Shown: positions 39,617 to 49,582, counted from the stretch's first letter. The stretch is 54,831 nt of DNA from Actinomycetota bacterium (GCA_009886115.1 VFJJ01000049.1:1-54831); one strand, 5' to 3'. Made by a program: numbers and translations. Notes: generated by a model not told the origin, from the sequence alone.

Positions 39617-40843
39617 TCAGACTCCTTCGCCCAGTACAGCAGCGATGCGCTCGACACCTTCCACCAGGTCGGCATCGCCGAGCGCGTAGGACATCCGCGC
39701 GTATCCGGGGGCCCCGAAGGCCTCTCCGGGGACGATCGCGACCCGCACCTCGTCGAGCAGCAGATCGGCCAACTCGAGCGTCGAGGACGGTCGCCGACCG
39801 CGGATCTCCCGTCCGAGCACGCCGGCGAAGGACGGGAAGGCGTAGAAGGCACCTTCGGGCTCGACGCAGGTGACGCCAGGGATCTCGTTGAGCATGCCGT
39901 GGATGCGTTGGCGACGACGGTCGAATGCCTCACGGAACCGGGCCACGTCGTCGAGACTCCCCGACACCGCGGCGAGCGCGGCGACCTGGGCGACATTCGA
40001 GACGTTCGACGTGGCATGGGACTGGAGGTTGGTCGCGGCGTCGATGACGTCCTTGGGTCCGATCATCCAGCCCACGCGCCAGCCGGTCATGGCGTAGGTT
40101 TTGGCCACACCGTTGACCACCACGCAGCGCTCGGCCAGCTCGGGGACGACCGTGGGCATCGAGACGAACCGGTGCGAGCCGTAGGTGATGTGCTCGTAGA
40201 TCTCGTCGGTGAGCACCCACAGGTCCCGATCGAGCGCCCACCGGCCGATGGCCTCGACCTGCTCGGGCGAGTAGACGGCGCCGGTCGGGTTCGAAGGCGA
40301 CACGAACAGCACCACCTTCGTGCGCTCGGTGACCGCCGCCTCGAGCTGATCGAGCGTCACCTTGAAGCCGGTCGACTCGTCGGTGGCGATCACGGTGGGC
40401 ACGCCGCCGGCGAGGGTGATGGCCTCGGGGTAGGTGACCCAGTACGGCCCGGGCACGATGACCTCGTCGCCCGGATCGAGGAGCGCAGCGAACGCGTTGT
40501 AGATCGCCTGCTTGCCGCCGTTGGTGACGAGGATCTGTGACGGCTCGACCGCATACCCCGAGTCGCGAAGCGTCTTCTTGGCCAGCGCGTCGCGGAGCTC
40601 GGGCAGGCCGCTCGTGGGCGTGTACCGGTGGAACTTGGGGTCGCGGCATGCCGCGATCGCCGCTTCGACGATGTGGTCGGGGGTCGGGAAGTCGGGCTCG
40701 CCGGCGCCGAAGCCGATCACGTTGTGGCCCGCAGCCTTGAGCGCCTTGGCCCTGGCGTCGACGGCCAGCGTGGCCGAAGGCGCGATCGCTCCGACGCGAC
40801 GCGAGACTCGGGTGCGGGACGGGTGACCGGTCGGGCTCGTCAT
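39617..40843 (-). CDS. Class I/II PLP-dependent aminotransferase (aspartate aminotransferase type)
   Basis: [25 protein letters not shown] and [12 protein letters not shown]. Confidence 0.93.
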   Translation of the reverse strand: MTSPTGHPSRTRVSRRVGAIAPSATLAVDARAKALKAAGHNVIGFGAGEPDFPTPDHIVEAAIAACRDPKFHRYTPTSGLPELRDALAKKTLRDSGYAVEPSQILVTNGGKQAIYNAFAALLDPGDEVIVPGPYWVTYPEAITLAGGVPTVIATDESTGFKVTLDQLEAAVTERTKVVLFVSPSNPTGAVYSPEQVEAIGRWALDRDLWVLTDEIYEHITYGSHRFVSMPTVVPELAERCVVVNGVAKTYAMTGWRVGWMIGPKDVIDAATNLQSHATSNVSNVAQVAALAAVSGSLDDVARFREAFDRRRQRIHGMLNEIPGVTCVEPEGAFYAFPSFAGVLGREIRGRRPSSTLELADLLLDEVRVAIVPGEAFGAPGYARMSYALGDADLVEGVERIAAVLGEGV

Positions 40844-40969
40844 GGCTCCAGTCTGACTGACCGATCGGCCGCTGCGAGAACGCATTTGCTTGGTTCCCCT
40901 GCCCGGCCCTGGCGTCGGGCAGGGGCAGGATTCGTGACCGTGCCGAGCCGGCGGCGAAAGTCAGGGTCG

Positions 40970-42091
40970 ATGAGCGACACGAGCCCGATCGTCCTGCCCG
41001 CCGAGCTGCGCCCGTCCGACGGTCGCTTCGGCGCCGGGCCCTCGAAGGTCCGGCCCGAAGCCGTTGCCGCGCTTGGAGAAGCCGCAGGCAGCTATCTGGG
41101 TACCTCGCATCGCCGCGACACCGTGAAGTCGATGGTGCGTCGACTGCGCGACGGCGTCGCCGAGCTGCTCGCGTTACCCGAGGGCTACGAGGTGATCCTG
41201 GGCAACGGTGGATCGCAACTGTTCTGGGACGCCGCGATCTCGTCACTGATCGAGCGTCGCAGCCAGCACCTCTGCTTCGGTGAGTTCTCGTCGCAGTTCG
41301 CGGGCGCCGTCGCAGCCGCGCCCCATCTGGATCCGCCCGAGATCATCGAATCCGGACCGGGCACGCACCCGCTCCCCCACCCGACGCCGGATGTCGACGT
41401 CTACGCCCTCACCCACAACGAGACCTCGACCGGTGTGATGATGCCCATCGTGCGCCAGCCGGGGATGGACGGGCTCGTTGTCGTCGACGCCACCTCGGCG
41501 GCGGGAGCGTTGCGCGTCGACCCCAGCCAGTTCGACGTGTACTACTTCGCGCCCCAGAAGGTCTTCGCCAGCGACGGAGGGCTGTTCTGCGCTGCGCTGT
41601 CGCCGGCCGCCGTCGAGCGCATCGAGCGCATCTCGGCGTCGGGGCGCTGGATCCCCCGCACCCTCGATCTCAGCACTGCGTTGGCCAATTCGCGTCAGGA
41701 CCAGACGCTCAACACCCCGGCGCTGACCACGATCTTCCTGTTCGTGCACCAGCTCGAGTGGATGCTGTCGAACGGCGGGCTCGAATGGGCCGTCCGACGC
41801 TGCGAGGAATCGGCGGCAGCGATCTACGGCTGGGCCGAGCGGTCGGCCATCGCCACCCCGTTCGTCGTCGACCCAGCGCAGCGCTCGACGGTCGTCGCCA
41901 CCATCGACCTCATCGACGGTGTCTCGGCCGATCGGGTCTCGGCAACCTTGCGCCACAACGGGATCGTCGACACCGAGGGCTACCGCAAGCTCGGCCGCAA
42001 CCAGCTCCGAGTGGCGCTGTTCCCGGCGATCGAGCCGTCCGACGTCGAGATCCTCGCCCGGGCCATCGACCACATCGCCCAACGCCTGTAA
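40970..42091 (+). CDS. serC: Phosphoserine aminotransferase (actinobacterial type)
   Basis: DGRFGAGPSKVR, GTSHR, HNETSTG, YYFAPQK and YRKLGRNQLR. Confidence 0.93.
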   Translation: MSDTSPIVLPAELRPSDGRFGAGPSKVRPEAVAALGEAAGSYLGTSHRRDTVKSMVRRLRDGVAELLALPEGYEVILGNGGSQLFWDAAISSLIERRSQHLCFGEFSSQFAGAVAAAPHLDPPEIIESGPGTHPLPHPTPDVDVYALTHNETSTGVMMPIVRQPGMDGLVVVDATSAAGALRVDPSQFDVYYFAPQKVFASDGGLFCAALSPAAVERIERISASGRWIPRTLDLSTALANSRQDQTLNTPALTTIFLFVHQLEWMLSNGGLEWAVRRCEESAAAIYGWAERSAIATPFVVDPAQRSTVVATIDLIDGVSADRVSATLRHNGIVDTEGYRKLGRNQLRVALFPAIEPSDVEILARAIDHIAQRL

Positions 42092-42193
42092 CCGTGGGAC
42101 TGCGATTGACCCGGTCGCGATTGACCCGCGGCAGGCCGGAGCTCGTCTGAGCGTCACTCCGGCGCTGCCGTCAGGCGGATGAAGCGTCAGGCC

Positions 42194-42649
42194 TCAGGCG
42201 GTCTGGAGCTCGGGGAGCTCCTCGACCTCAGGCCGGTCCCGCAGGGCAGCGGCGATCATCGGTCCGTGGGGGACCGCCACCGCCGGGTCGACGGGAGCGG
42301 GCCGGCACTTGGGCGGCCGACCACGCTTGCGCTTGGTCGGGATCACCTTGCCCCGCATGATGATCTGGCCTCCCCAGACCCCCCAGGCCTCCCGTCGGGC
42401 GAGAGCTCCGTCGAGGCAGGCCCGGGCGACCGGGCAACGCTCGCAGATGGCCTTGGCCAGGTTGATGTCGTCGATCTGCTCGGAGAAGAACAGACCGAGC
42501 AGCGTGCCGTTGCCGTCGTTGCAGCGGGCCTCGACCCACCAGTCGGGCTGACGGGTGCGGAACTGACCTTCGGGCTCGTACTGCTCGGCGGTGCGGCCGT
42601 CGATGCGGCCGTCGATGCGGTCGTCGGAGATGGTGGCGATGGGGAACAT
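42194..42649 (-). CDS. whiB7: WhiB7/WblC-type transcription factor
   Basis: Four Cys (C..AK.IC..CPV...C), WGVWGG and AT-hook KRKRGRPPK. Confidence 0.9.
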   Translation of the reverse strand: MFPIATISDDRIDGRIDGRTAEQYEPEGQFRTRQPDWWVEARCNDGNGTLLGLFFSEQIDDINLAKAICERCPVARACLDGALARREAWGVWGGQIIMRGKVIPTKRKRGRPPKCRPAPVDPAVAVPHGPMIAAALRDRPEVEELPELQTA

Positions 42650-42703
42650 CGTTCGCTCTCTTCAGTGCTCGGTGGTCGGGTGGTCGGGTGGTCGGGTGTG
42701 TGG

Positions 42704-42740
42704 AAAAAAAGAAGAGGCCGCCGGTTTCCCGGCGGCCTCT
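42704..42740 (-). terminator. Intrinsic terminator (attenuator) in the whiB7 leader
   Basis: Minus strand agaggccgccgg-gaaa-ccggcggcctct followed by tcttttttt. Confidence 0.9.
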
Positions 42741-42767
42741 GGAGCGGAACCCTGGTCCTGGAAGGAC

Positions 42768-43070
42768 TTACGGGGAACTCGGATCCGGAGGCCGGCGGTA
42801 CGGGTAGGCCATGGCCTTGGGGGCATTGACCGTGGCGATGGCGATCGGTCGGAAGGAGCCGGCGGTGCTGCGCTTGGCATGCATCGCCGCCACACCGAGG
42901 CCGAGGCCGAGATCGAGCCCGAACGCTGAGGCGGTGCCGCGCCCTCGGTCGATCGCCGACCAGAACGTCGTCGACCCGGTCGCACCGGCCGGGCTGGACT
43001 GGCCTCCCGCGCACGGGCGCGTGGCGACGCTGGTGCGCCGTTCGCTCGTGCCGAGAACCAGTGCTGCCAT
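42768..43070 (-). CDS. whiB7 leader peptide (uORF), 100 aa
   Basis: AGGAG RBS 8 nt before the ATG; stops 27 nt before the terminator; 3' end is complementary to the terminator 5' arm. Confidence 0.7.
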   Translation of the reverse strand: MAALVLGTSERRTSVATRPCAGGQSSPAGATGSTTFWSAIDRGRGTASAFGLDLGLGLGVAAMHAKRSTAGSFRPIAIATVNAPKAMAYPYRRPPDPSSP

Positions 43071-43164
43071 CGGGAGTGCTCCTGGGGTGATCGACGGGTT
43101 GCCGTCGACGAGTCGGTGGGACGTGATCGACGCGAGCGGTCGCGAGCGGCGCGGGCGTCAGCAC

Positions 43165-43206
43165 ACAAGAAACCACTTTCGCGCACCTGACGTCAAGCGA
43201 TTTATC
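43165..43206 (-). promoter_or_regulatory. Candidate WhiB7-dependent promoter
   Basis: AT tract ATAAAT, 3 nt, then TTGACG (-35, 43196-43191); the -10 is weak (tggTTTCTT). Confidence 0.55.
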
Positions 43207-43280
43207 GACCGCTCCGCGTGACCAGAATCGTCACACACTCGAAAAGGGGCCGCGTGGGGCTCGCGCGCTGGGCGAGTTCG

Positions 43281-44078
43281 TCAAGTATCGGCGCCCGTGG
43301 TGCGTCGACGGTAGGCGTCCATGTGCTCCTTGACATCGGGTGCGTGCTGCATGCTGTTCTGGTTGCGGATCTCCAACGCGAGTGCGCTCTGCAGGCTCGG
43401 CGCCTCGATGTTGTGCCAGAGCACGTCCTTGGTCGAGAAGAGCCCCGAGCGCGTGTGGCCGGCCAGCACCCGGGCGTAGGCCAGCACCCGCTCGTCGAGG
43501 TGAGCGGCCGGAGCGACCTGCGAGACCAACCCCATCTGGAGTGCCTCCGCGGCGTCGATGTCGCGCCCCGAGAGGATGAGGTCGAAGGCCCGGGCGTTGC
43601 CGATGAGGCGTGGCAGCAGGTAGGTGATGCCGATGTCGGTGCCCGACAAGCCCGTGCGGATGAACGCCGAGCAGAGTCGAGCGGCGCTGCTCGCGATGCG
43701 GATGTCGGCCGCGCAGGCCAGCGCCAGGCCACCCCCGAAGGCGGCGCCGTTGATCGCGGCGATGATCACCTGTGGGGTGTTGCGCATGTGCACCGTCAGG
43801 TTCGACATGTAGGTCTGGGCGTCGGTCCCGGCGTTGCGGTGAGGATGCTGTCCCGCCTCGGGAGGCGTTCCCCAGTCCTTCAGATCGAGGCCCGCGCAGA
43901 AGCCCCGTCCGGCCCCCGTGAGGATCACCACCTTGGTCTGCGGGTCGTTTCCGACCGTGTCGAGCGCGTCGTGCAGGTCGGTCACGAGCTCGAAGCTCAA
44001 GGCGTTCAAGCGCTCGGGCCGGTTCAGCCTGATGATCGTGATGTGCGGCTCGATCCGCTCGATCTCGACGGTGCTCAT
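43281..44078 (-). CDS. Enoyl-CoA hydratase/isomerase
   Basis: LNRPERLNAL, GRGFCAGLDL and AAINGAAFGGG. Confidence 0.92.
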   Translation of the reverse strand: MSTVEIERIEPHITIIRLNRPERLNALSFELVTDLHDALDTVGNDPQTKVVILTGAGRGFCAGLDLKDWGTPPEAGQHPHRNAGTDAQTYMSNLTVHMRNTPQVIIAAINGAAFGGGLALACAADIRIASSAARLCSAFIRTGLSGTDIGITYLLPRLIGNARAFDLILSGRDIDAAEALQMGLVSQVAPAAHLDERVLAYARVLAGHTRSGLFSTKDVLWHNIEAPSLQSALALEIRNQNSMQHAPDVKEHMDAYRRRTTGADT

Positions 44079-44221
44079 GGCGGGCTCCCTTTCGGTACGG
44101 GTAGGCCGGGCGTTGACGGACCGTGCTTGCGCATGGGGCCCTCCGCGGCCGAGTCTCGTGGCTGCGCGACCGGTTCCGCTCACCGGAACCCGATCCGACG
44201 AGCCCGAGCGAGGAGCCGACC

Positions 44222-45430
44222 ATGACTGCATCGCGAGTGCACAAGGTGACCGAGGCCGGACCGGTGCACGACGAGCGCGAGATCGAGGCCGTCCTCGAGG
44301 TGCTCCGCAGCGGGCTGCTCGATCTGGGTCCACGCGTCGCCGAGTTCGAGCGACGCGGCGCCGAGCTGCTCGCCAAGGCGCATGGTGTGATGGTGAACTC
44401 CGGCACCTCGGCCCTGTGGCTCGCGGTCGACCTGCTCGGCTGTGAGCCGGGCGACGAGGTGATCACGTCGCCGCTCACGTTCTCGAGCGACGTCGCGCCG
44501 CTCGTGCGCTCAGGGATCGTCCCCGTGTTCGTCGACATCGAGGCCGACACCTACCAGATCGACCCGGCCAAGATCGGCGCCATGATCGGCCCTCGTACCA
44601 AGGCGATCCTCGCTCCGAACCTGTGCGGCAACATCCCCGACTGGGACGCCATCCGGGCCATCGCCGACCGCCACGGCCTCCTCGTCGTCGAGGACAGCTG
44701 CGACGTCCTCGACTCGCACCTGCGGGGCACCCGGACGGGCCTGCGGGCCGACATCGTCGTCACCAGCTTCGCCCGCACCCACTCGATGACCGCAGCGGGC
44801 AACGGCGGCATGATCGCCGTGAACGATCCCGAGTGGTACGACCAGACGCTCGTGCGTCGCCGCTGGGGCCGCCGGTCCGAGACCTACCTGTTCGGCAGCC
44901 GCAAGGGGACTGCCGACCGGTTCGGCCCGCTCGCCGACGGCACGCCCTACGACCTGATCTTCGTGTTCGACGACATGGGCTACAACTTCGAGCCCTCCGA
45001 GATCATGGCCGCCTACGGGCTCGTGCAGATGGACAAGCTCCCCGAGTTCAACCGGCGTCGCCAGACGACCCACCGGGCGATCGACGACGTGCTCGCAGCC
45101 CACGAGGACAAGGTCGTGCGGCCACGGACGGTCGACGGCGCCGAGACGACCTGGATGCGCTACCCGTTCCTGCTCGCCGACGGCATCGACCGCACGGCCG
45201 TGCAGGAGTTCTTCGTCGAGCGCAACATCCCCACCCGCATGGTGTGGACGGGCAACATCCTGCGCCAGCCCGGCTTCGCTGCGATCGAGCACCGGGCCCC
45301 GGCCGACGGCCTTCCCGAGTGCGACCGCGTCATGGACCGGGCCCTTTCGCTGCCCCTGCACCACGGCCTGACGAGCGACGACGTGGGACACATGGTGAGC
45401 AGCGTCGAGGAGTGGCTCACGTCGCTGTGA
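44222..45430 (+). CDS. DegT/DnrJ/EryC1/StrS family protein, His-type (sugar 3-dehydratase-like)
   Basis: VNSGTSAL, GDEVIT, EDSCD, TSFARTHSMT..G.GG and GYNF. Confidence 0.85.
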   Translation: MTASRVHKVTEAGPVHDEREIEAVLEVLRSGLLDLGPRVAEFERRGAELLAKAHGVMVNSGTSALWLAVDLLGCEPGDEVITSPLTFSSDVAPLVRSGIVPVFVDIEADTYQIDPAKIGAMIGPRTKAILAPNLCGNIPDWDAIRAIADRHGLLVVEDSCDVLDSHLRGTRTGLRADIVVTSFARTHSMTAAGNGGMIAVNDPEWYDQTLVRRRWGRRSETYLFGSRKGTADRFGPLADGTPYDLIFVFDDMGYNFEPSEIMAAYGLVQMDKLPEFNRRRQTTHRAIDDVLAAHEDKVVRPRTVDGAETTWMRYPFLLADGIDRTAVQEFFVERNIPTRMVWTGNILRQPGFAAIEHRAPADGLPECDRVMDRALSLPLHHGLTSDDVGHMVSSVEEWLTSL

Positions 45431-45500
45431 CTCCAGCCGCAACTGTCAGCGTGAGGGGCCGTATCCGGGCCGCCACGCTGACAGTTGGAATGGTTCGGGG

Positions 45501-46529
45501 TCAGGCCAGGGCCGCGGCGACGGCCGGCACGACCCGACGGGCGAAATGCTCGAGCCGCTCGTTGGCCCAGGCGATGGGCTCACCCGGGAACCGGGTCCAG
45601 CAGTGGATGTCTTCCACGAAGCCGGTCCGGGCGGCGTCGACGATCTGACGGGTCATCTCGTCGACGTCGACGAGCTCGTAGGGCGTGCGGGCCAGCAGCT
45701 CGTCCACCGTCTCGACCGGGATCCAACCCGGCCCGTAGGCGCCCCGGTCGCCGTACTCGTTCACCTGGTGCATCACGTACGGCGCGACGCGGTGCAGCTC
45801 GCGCTCGGGATCGTCGCCGAAGATCCAGTGGTAGCCGACGGCCACCCGGGGTGTTCGGCCGTGACGCGCACAGGCCTGCGCGTACGCCGGCCACAGTGCC
45901 GGGATGGGCCCGAGCAAGCCGTCGGCGTAGCGGGCCGCTCGGTCGATCCCCTTGGGGCCGAAGGTTCCCAGCCACAGCTCCGGGCCGCCCCGGACGTCGT
46001 CGAGCGGGCCGGGCGTCACGGTGAGCCCGGCCAACTCGGGGTAGCCGTCCACTTCGATCGGGCGGCCGTCGAACGCCGCGCGCAGCACGTGCAGCGCTTG
46101 CTCGGTCCGGGCCCACCGGCCGTCGAGCGGCACGCCGAACGCCGCGAACTCCTCGGGCCGGTAGCCGACCCCGACCCCGAGCCGGAACCGTCCTCCCGAG
46201 AGGGCGTCGACCGTGAGGGCGTCCTCGGCGAGGCGGACAGGATGCGCCAAGGGCAGGATCACGACGCTGGTGCCGATCTCCATCCGCTGCGTGCGCACGG
46301 CGATCGCCGCGGCCAGCGTGAGCGGCGACGGCGTGTATCCGTCGTCGACGAAGTGGTGCTCGGAGATCCACGTGCTCGTGAACCCGAGCTCTGTTTCGGC
46401 CCAGGAGAGCTGGTCGAGGATCTCGCCGTAGTACCGGTCCCACGGCAGCGCCCAGCGGGGCGGGTTGCGGAAGTCGTGGTAGAGCCCGAACGCCGGTAGC
46501 GGAGCACCTGTGCCCGAGGTGGTGCCCAT
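45501..46529 (-). CDS. LLM-class flavin-dependent oxidoreductase
   Basis: WISEHHF..DGY.PSP, HPVRLAED...VD.LSGGR..LGVG.GYR..EF. Confidence 0.88.
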   Translation of the reverse strand: MGTTSGTGAPLPAFGLYHDFRNPPRWALPWDRYYGEILDQLSWAETELGFTSTWISEHHFVDDGYTPSPLTLAAAIAVRTQRMEIGTSVVILPLAHPVRLAEDALTVDALSGGRFRLGVGVGYRPEEFAAFGVPLDGRWARTEQALHVLRAAFDGRPIEVDGYPELAGLTVTPGPLDDVRGGPELWLGTFGPKGIDRAARYADGLLGPIPALWPAYAQACARHGRTPRVAVGYHWIFGDDPERELHRVAPYVMHQVNEYGDRGAYGPGWIPVETVDELLARTPYELVDVDEMTRQIVDAARTGFVEDIHCWTRFPGEPIAWANERLEHFARRVVPAVAAALA

Positions 46530-46555
46530 AGCGCCGCCGCCGGGGTCGGCGCCGG

Positions 46556-47764
46556 TCACCGAGGCGCCGTGAACGTGACCGGGAGCCGGTTCGGGCCCCG
46601 GAGGAGATGGTGGATCGTGCCCGTGATGCGCACGCCGGGATCGTCGACGAGCCGGAGGTCAGGGAGTCGCTCGAGGATGACGCGCAGCGCGACATCGAGC
46701 TCGGCTCGGGCCAGGGCCGCGCCCAGGCAGAAGTGCAACCCGAAACCGAACGTCATCACCGAGGTCGGGCGGCGCTCGACGTCGAAGCGGTCGGGGTCGG
46801 GATACACGGCCGGGTCACGGTTGGCGGCCATGATCCCGAGGAACATGGGCGCGCCGGCGGGAATGGGGATGTCGTGCCAGACGACGTCGCGCGGGTTGAT
46901 TCGCGGGATCCACGCGGTCGGCGGGTTGAGTCGCACGCCCTCTTCCGACGCCGAGCGGCACATCCCGTCGGGATCGGCGAGCACCTTGGCCATCTGATCG
47001 GGATGGGTGAGCAACGAGTGGAGTGTGCTGCCGAGGCCCAGGTACGTCGTGTCGGCCCCGGCGGGGAACAGCAGGCGCAAGAAGTTGAAGATCTCCTCAT
47101 CGCCCAGCTGTTGGCCTTCGACCTCGGTGGTGGCCAGCGTCGAGATGAGGTCGTCGCCCGGATCGGTGCGGCGCTGTTGCAGGATCGGCTCGACGAACGC
47201 CATGAACTCGTGCGAGCACTGCATTGCGTTGTCGTGACTGTTCTGGATGTCGAGCATCCCGAGCGCCCAGCGCTTGATGTCGTCCTCGGAGGTGCGAGGG
47301 AGCCCGAGGAGTCTGGTGATGACGATGAACGGGTACCGGCTGGTGAAGTCGGCCACGAGATCGGCCCGCCCGGTGTGCACGAAGCGGTCGATGAGCTCGT
47401 GGGCGATCGGCTCGAGCAGCGGCGGAACGAGCGTTGGCATCAACCGCTGCCGGAACGCTGGCGAGACGAGCGCCCGGTTGAGTCGGTGCTCCTCCCCGAA
47501 CATGCACTGCAGATTGCGCCCGAGCACGTCGGTGACGACGTTGCCGTAGAACTCGGCCGACGGGAAGGTCTCCTCGTCCTTCATCGCCGCGCTGACGAGC
47601 TCGTGCGTGAGCAGCAACAGGGCGGGCTGGCCGAAACCCTTGGCCCACAAGGCCGGCTTGCGCGCTCGCATCTCATGCAAGGCCGCGGCCACATCGGGCA
47701 GGTCGTCGAGGATCACGTCGACCTGGTCGTCAAGCTCGGTGGCGGAGGGAATGGTCATCGTCAC
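46556..47764 (-). CDS. Cytochrome P450
   Basis: AGADTT I-helix, EGVR (ExxR), ANRDP and FGFGLHFCLG heme motif. Confidence 0.95.
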   Translation of the reverse strand: MTMTIPSATELDDQVDVILDDLPDVAAALHEMRARKPALWAKGFGQPALLLLTHELVSAAMKDEETFPSAEFYGNVVTDVLGRNLQCMFGEEHRLNRALVSPAFRQRLMPTLVPPLLEPIAHELIDRFVHTGRADLVADFTSRYPFIVITRLLGLPRTSEDDIKRWALGMLDIQNSHDNAMQCSHEFMAFVEPILQQRRTDPGDDLISTLATTEVEGQQLGDEEIFNFLRLLFPAGADTTYLGLGSTLHSLLTHPDQMAKVLADPDGMCRSASEEGVRLNPPTAWIPRINPRDVVWHDIPIPAGAPMFLGIMAANRDPAVYPDPDRFDVERRPTSVMTFGFGLHFCLGAALARAELDVALRVILERLPDLRLVDDPGVRITGTIHHLLRGPNRLPVTFTAPR

Positions 47765-47870
47765 GGCGTCGCCTCCGATGTTCGGACCCCAGCGGGGCCT
47801 CGTCGGACGGGAGTCTGCTTCAGTCGGGTACATGTTTGCAGCCGCAGGGCCGCAGCGGCACGAGACGCGC

Positions 47871-48491
47871 TCAGGACGGTTTCCACACGTCGATGATCGC
47901 CTGTGACGCCACGACATAAGCGATGTTGCGGATCGTGTAGCGCAGCAACGTCTCGGCATACTCGGGCGGGTCGCTGGCAACGCAGTCGCTCGGCACGACG
48001 ACCGTGAAGCCGCGGTTCATGGCCTCGATGGCGGTGCCCACCACGGCGATGTTGAGCGAGACACCGGTGACGATCAGCGTGGTGACGCCGGTGTTGCGCA
48101 GGTACGGATCGAGCCCGGTGGCGTAGAAGCCCGTGAGCCCTTGCTCCCTGCGGAACACCACGTCCTCGGGCCGTGGCGCGATCTCGGGCATGACCGGGCC
48201 GTGACCGCCCATCCCCTCGTTGGCGCCATCACGCATGCGCAGATGGACGAGCGTGTTGCGGGCGAAACCGAACCCGTCGGACCGGCGTTCGTCGGTGCAG
48301 TAATAGACCCGGACGCCCGCACCACGCGCAGCATCGAACAGCCGGGCCAGGTTGGCGACGAGGCCCACGTGCTCTGCCGCCCGCGCCAGGCCGGGCAGGA
48401 TCGACGAGTCGCCCAGCAGCCCCTGCTGGCACTCCATGTTGACCACGGCGCAGGTGGCCGGATCGAGGTGAGGCGAGATGTCGAGCGGCAC
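47871..48491 (-). CDS. Isochorismatase/cysteine hydrolase-fold protein
   Basis: AVVNMECQ, L..YLRN.GVTTLIVTGVS and A.NRGF.VVVP.DC. Confidence 0.85.
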   Translation of the reverse strand: MPLDISPHLDPATCAVVNMECQQGLLGDSSILPGLARAAEHVGLVANLARLFDAARGAGVRVYYCTDERRSDGFGFARNTLVHLRMRDGANEGMGGHGPVMPEIAPRPEDVVFRREQGLTGFYATGLDPYLRNTGVTTLIVTGVSLNIAVVGTAIEAMNRGFTVVVPSDCVASDPPEYAETLLRYTIRNIAYVVASQAIIDVWKPS

Positions 48492-48496
48492 GGCGC

Positions 48497-49318
48497 TCAG
48501 CCCTCGCCGATGGCGCTCAAGGCGGAGGTGTCGGGCACACCGAGCTTGCAGGTGAGGCCACCGTCGATCGGGAGGAGCACGCCGTTGACGTACTCGCCCT
48601 CCTCCGACGCCAGGTAGAGGCAACCATTGGCGATGTCACGGGGCGTGCCGAGACGGGGCGACGGGATGGCCTTCTTCACCGCGGAGATGAATCCCTCGTT
48701 GGCGACCATCTTGGTCATCACCTCGCCACCAGTTGGGGTGAAGCCGACGATGATGGCGTTGCACCGGATGCCCAGCGGGCCGTAGTCGACGGCGATCTGG
48801 CGGGTCAGCGCGTTCACGGCGCCCTTCGAGGCCTGATAGGCGGGCCGGCCTTCGATCGCCCTCACGCTCGACGCCGCCGATATGTTGATGATCGCTCCCC
48901 CACCGGCTGCTTTCATGTGGGGAATGGCGTACTTCGACGTGTAGAGCACGCCCCAGATGCCCGTGCGCAGGATGGTCTCGAAGGCGTCGATGGCGATCTC
49001 CTCGACGTGACTGTCGGGCCCGCCGGGTGTGGTCATGTCGGTCGCCGCCGCGTTGTTCACCACCGTCGTGAGGCTTCCGTAGGTGTCGACAGCGAGCGCG
49101 ATGGCCGCCTGCACGTCGGCCTCGATCGCCACGCTGCCCTGGGCGAACGACACCGCCCGCCCTTCGCCGCGAAGCCGGTCCTGCAACGCCTGGCCCTTGT
49201 CGGCCGAACGGCCGGTGAACACCACCGACGCGCCTTCCTCCGCGAAGCGCTCCAGGATCGCCGTTCCGATCCCGTACGTCGCCCCGGTCACCAATGCCAC
49301 CTTGCCGGCAAGCCTCAT
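48497..49318 (-). CDS. SDR oxidoreductase
   Basis: TGATYGIG, VNNAA and YQASK. Confidence 0.92.
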   Translation of the reverse strand: MRLAGKVALVTGATYGIGTAILERFAEEGASVVFTGRSADKGQALQDRLRGEGRAVSFAQGSVAIEADVQAAIALAVDTYGSLTTVVNNAAATDMTTPGGPDSHVEEIAIDAFETILRTGIWGVLYTSKYAIPHMKAAGGGAIINISAASSVRAIEGRPAYQASKGAVNALTRQIAVDYGPLGIRCNAIIVGFTPTGGEVMTKMVANEGFISAVKKAIPSPRLGTPRDIANGCLYLASEEGEYVNGVLLPIDGGLTCKLGVPDTSALSAIGEG

Positions 49319-49582
49319 CGCCCGTCCCCCTCATTCGGATCAATCATGAACATTGTTCAACTGTGCACCGGTCGTCGCGGTCGTCCCGGTCGCGGTCCCC
49401 GCACCGGCGCCGCGACAGCGCCCACACACTGGTCGTCCGTTCGATCACATGTGATCGGTTCCACGACCAGTTCCTCGCCTGGGCACCCGTGCGAACCTCG
49501 TGACGGTGATCGTGCGCCCGATCCGTGAGAGGGCAGCGCAACTACACTCCGCCACAGCTCGCCAGGTCGTGTCAGCATCCCC

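Noticed and set aside
42343..43176. 277-aa ORF as the whiB7 leader or an N-terminal extension
   Set aside because: It runs through the terminator and out of frame into whiB7; the 43070..42768 ORF has an RBS and the expected stop position.
49347..49359. KstR operator
   Set aside because: The AAC/GTT half sites are separated by 3 nt rather than 2; kept only as a generic palindrome.
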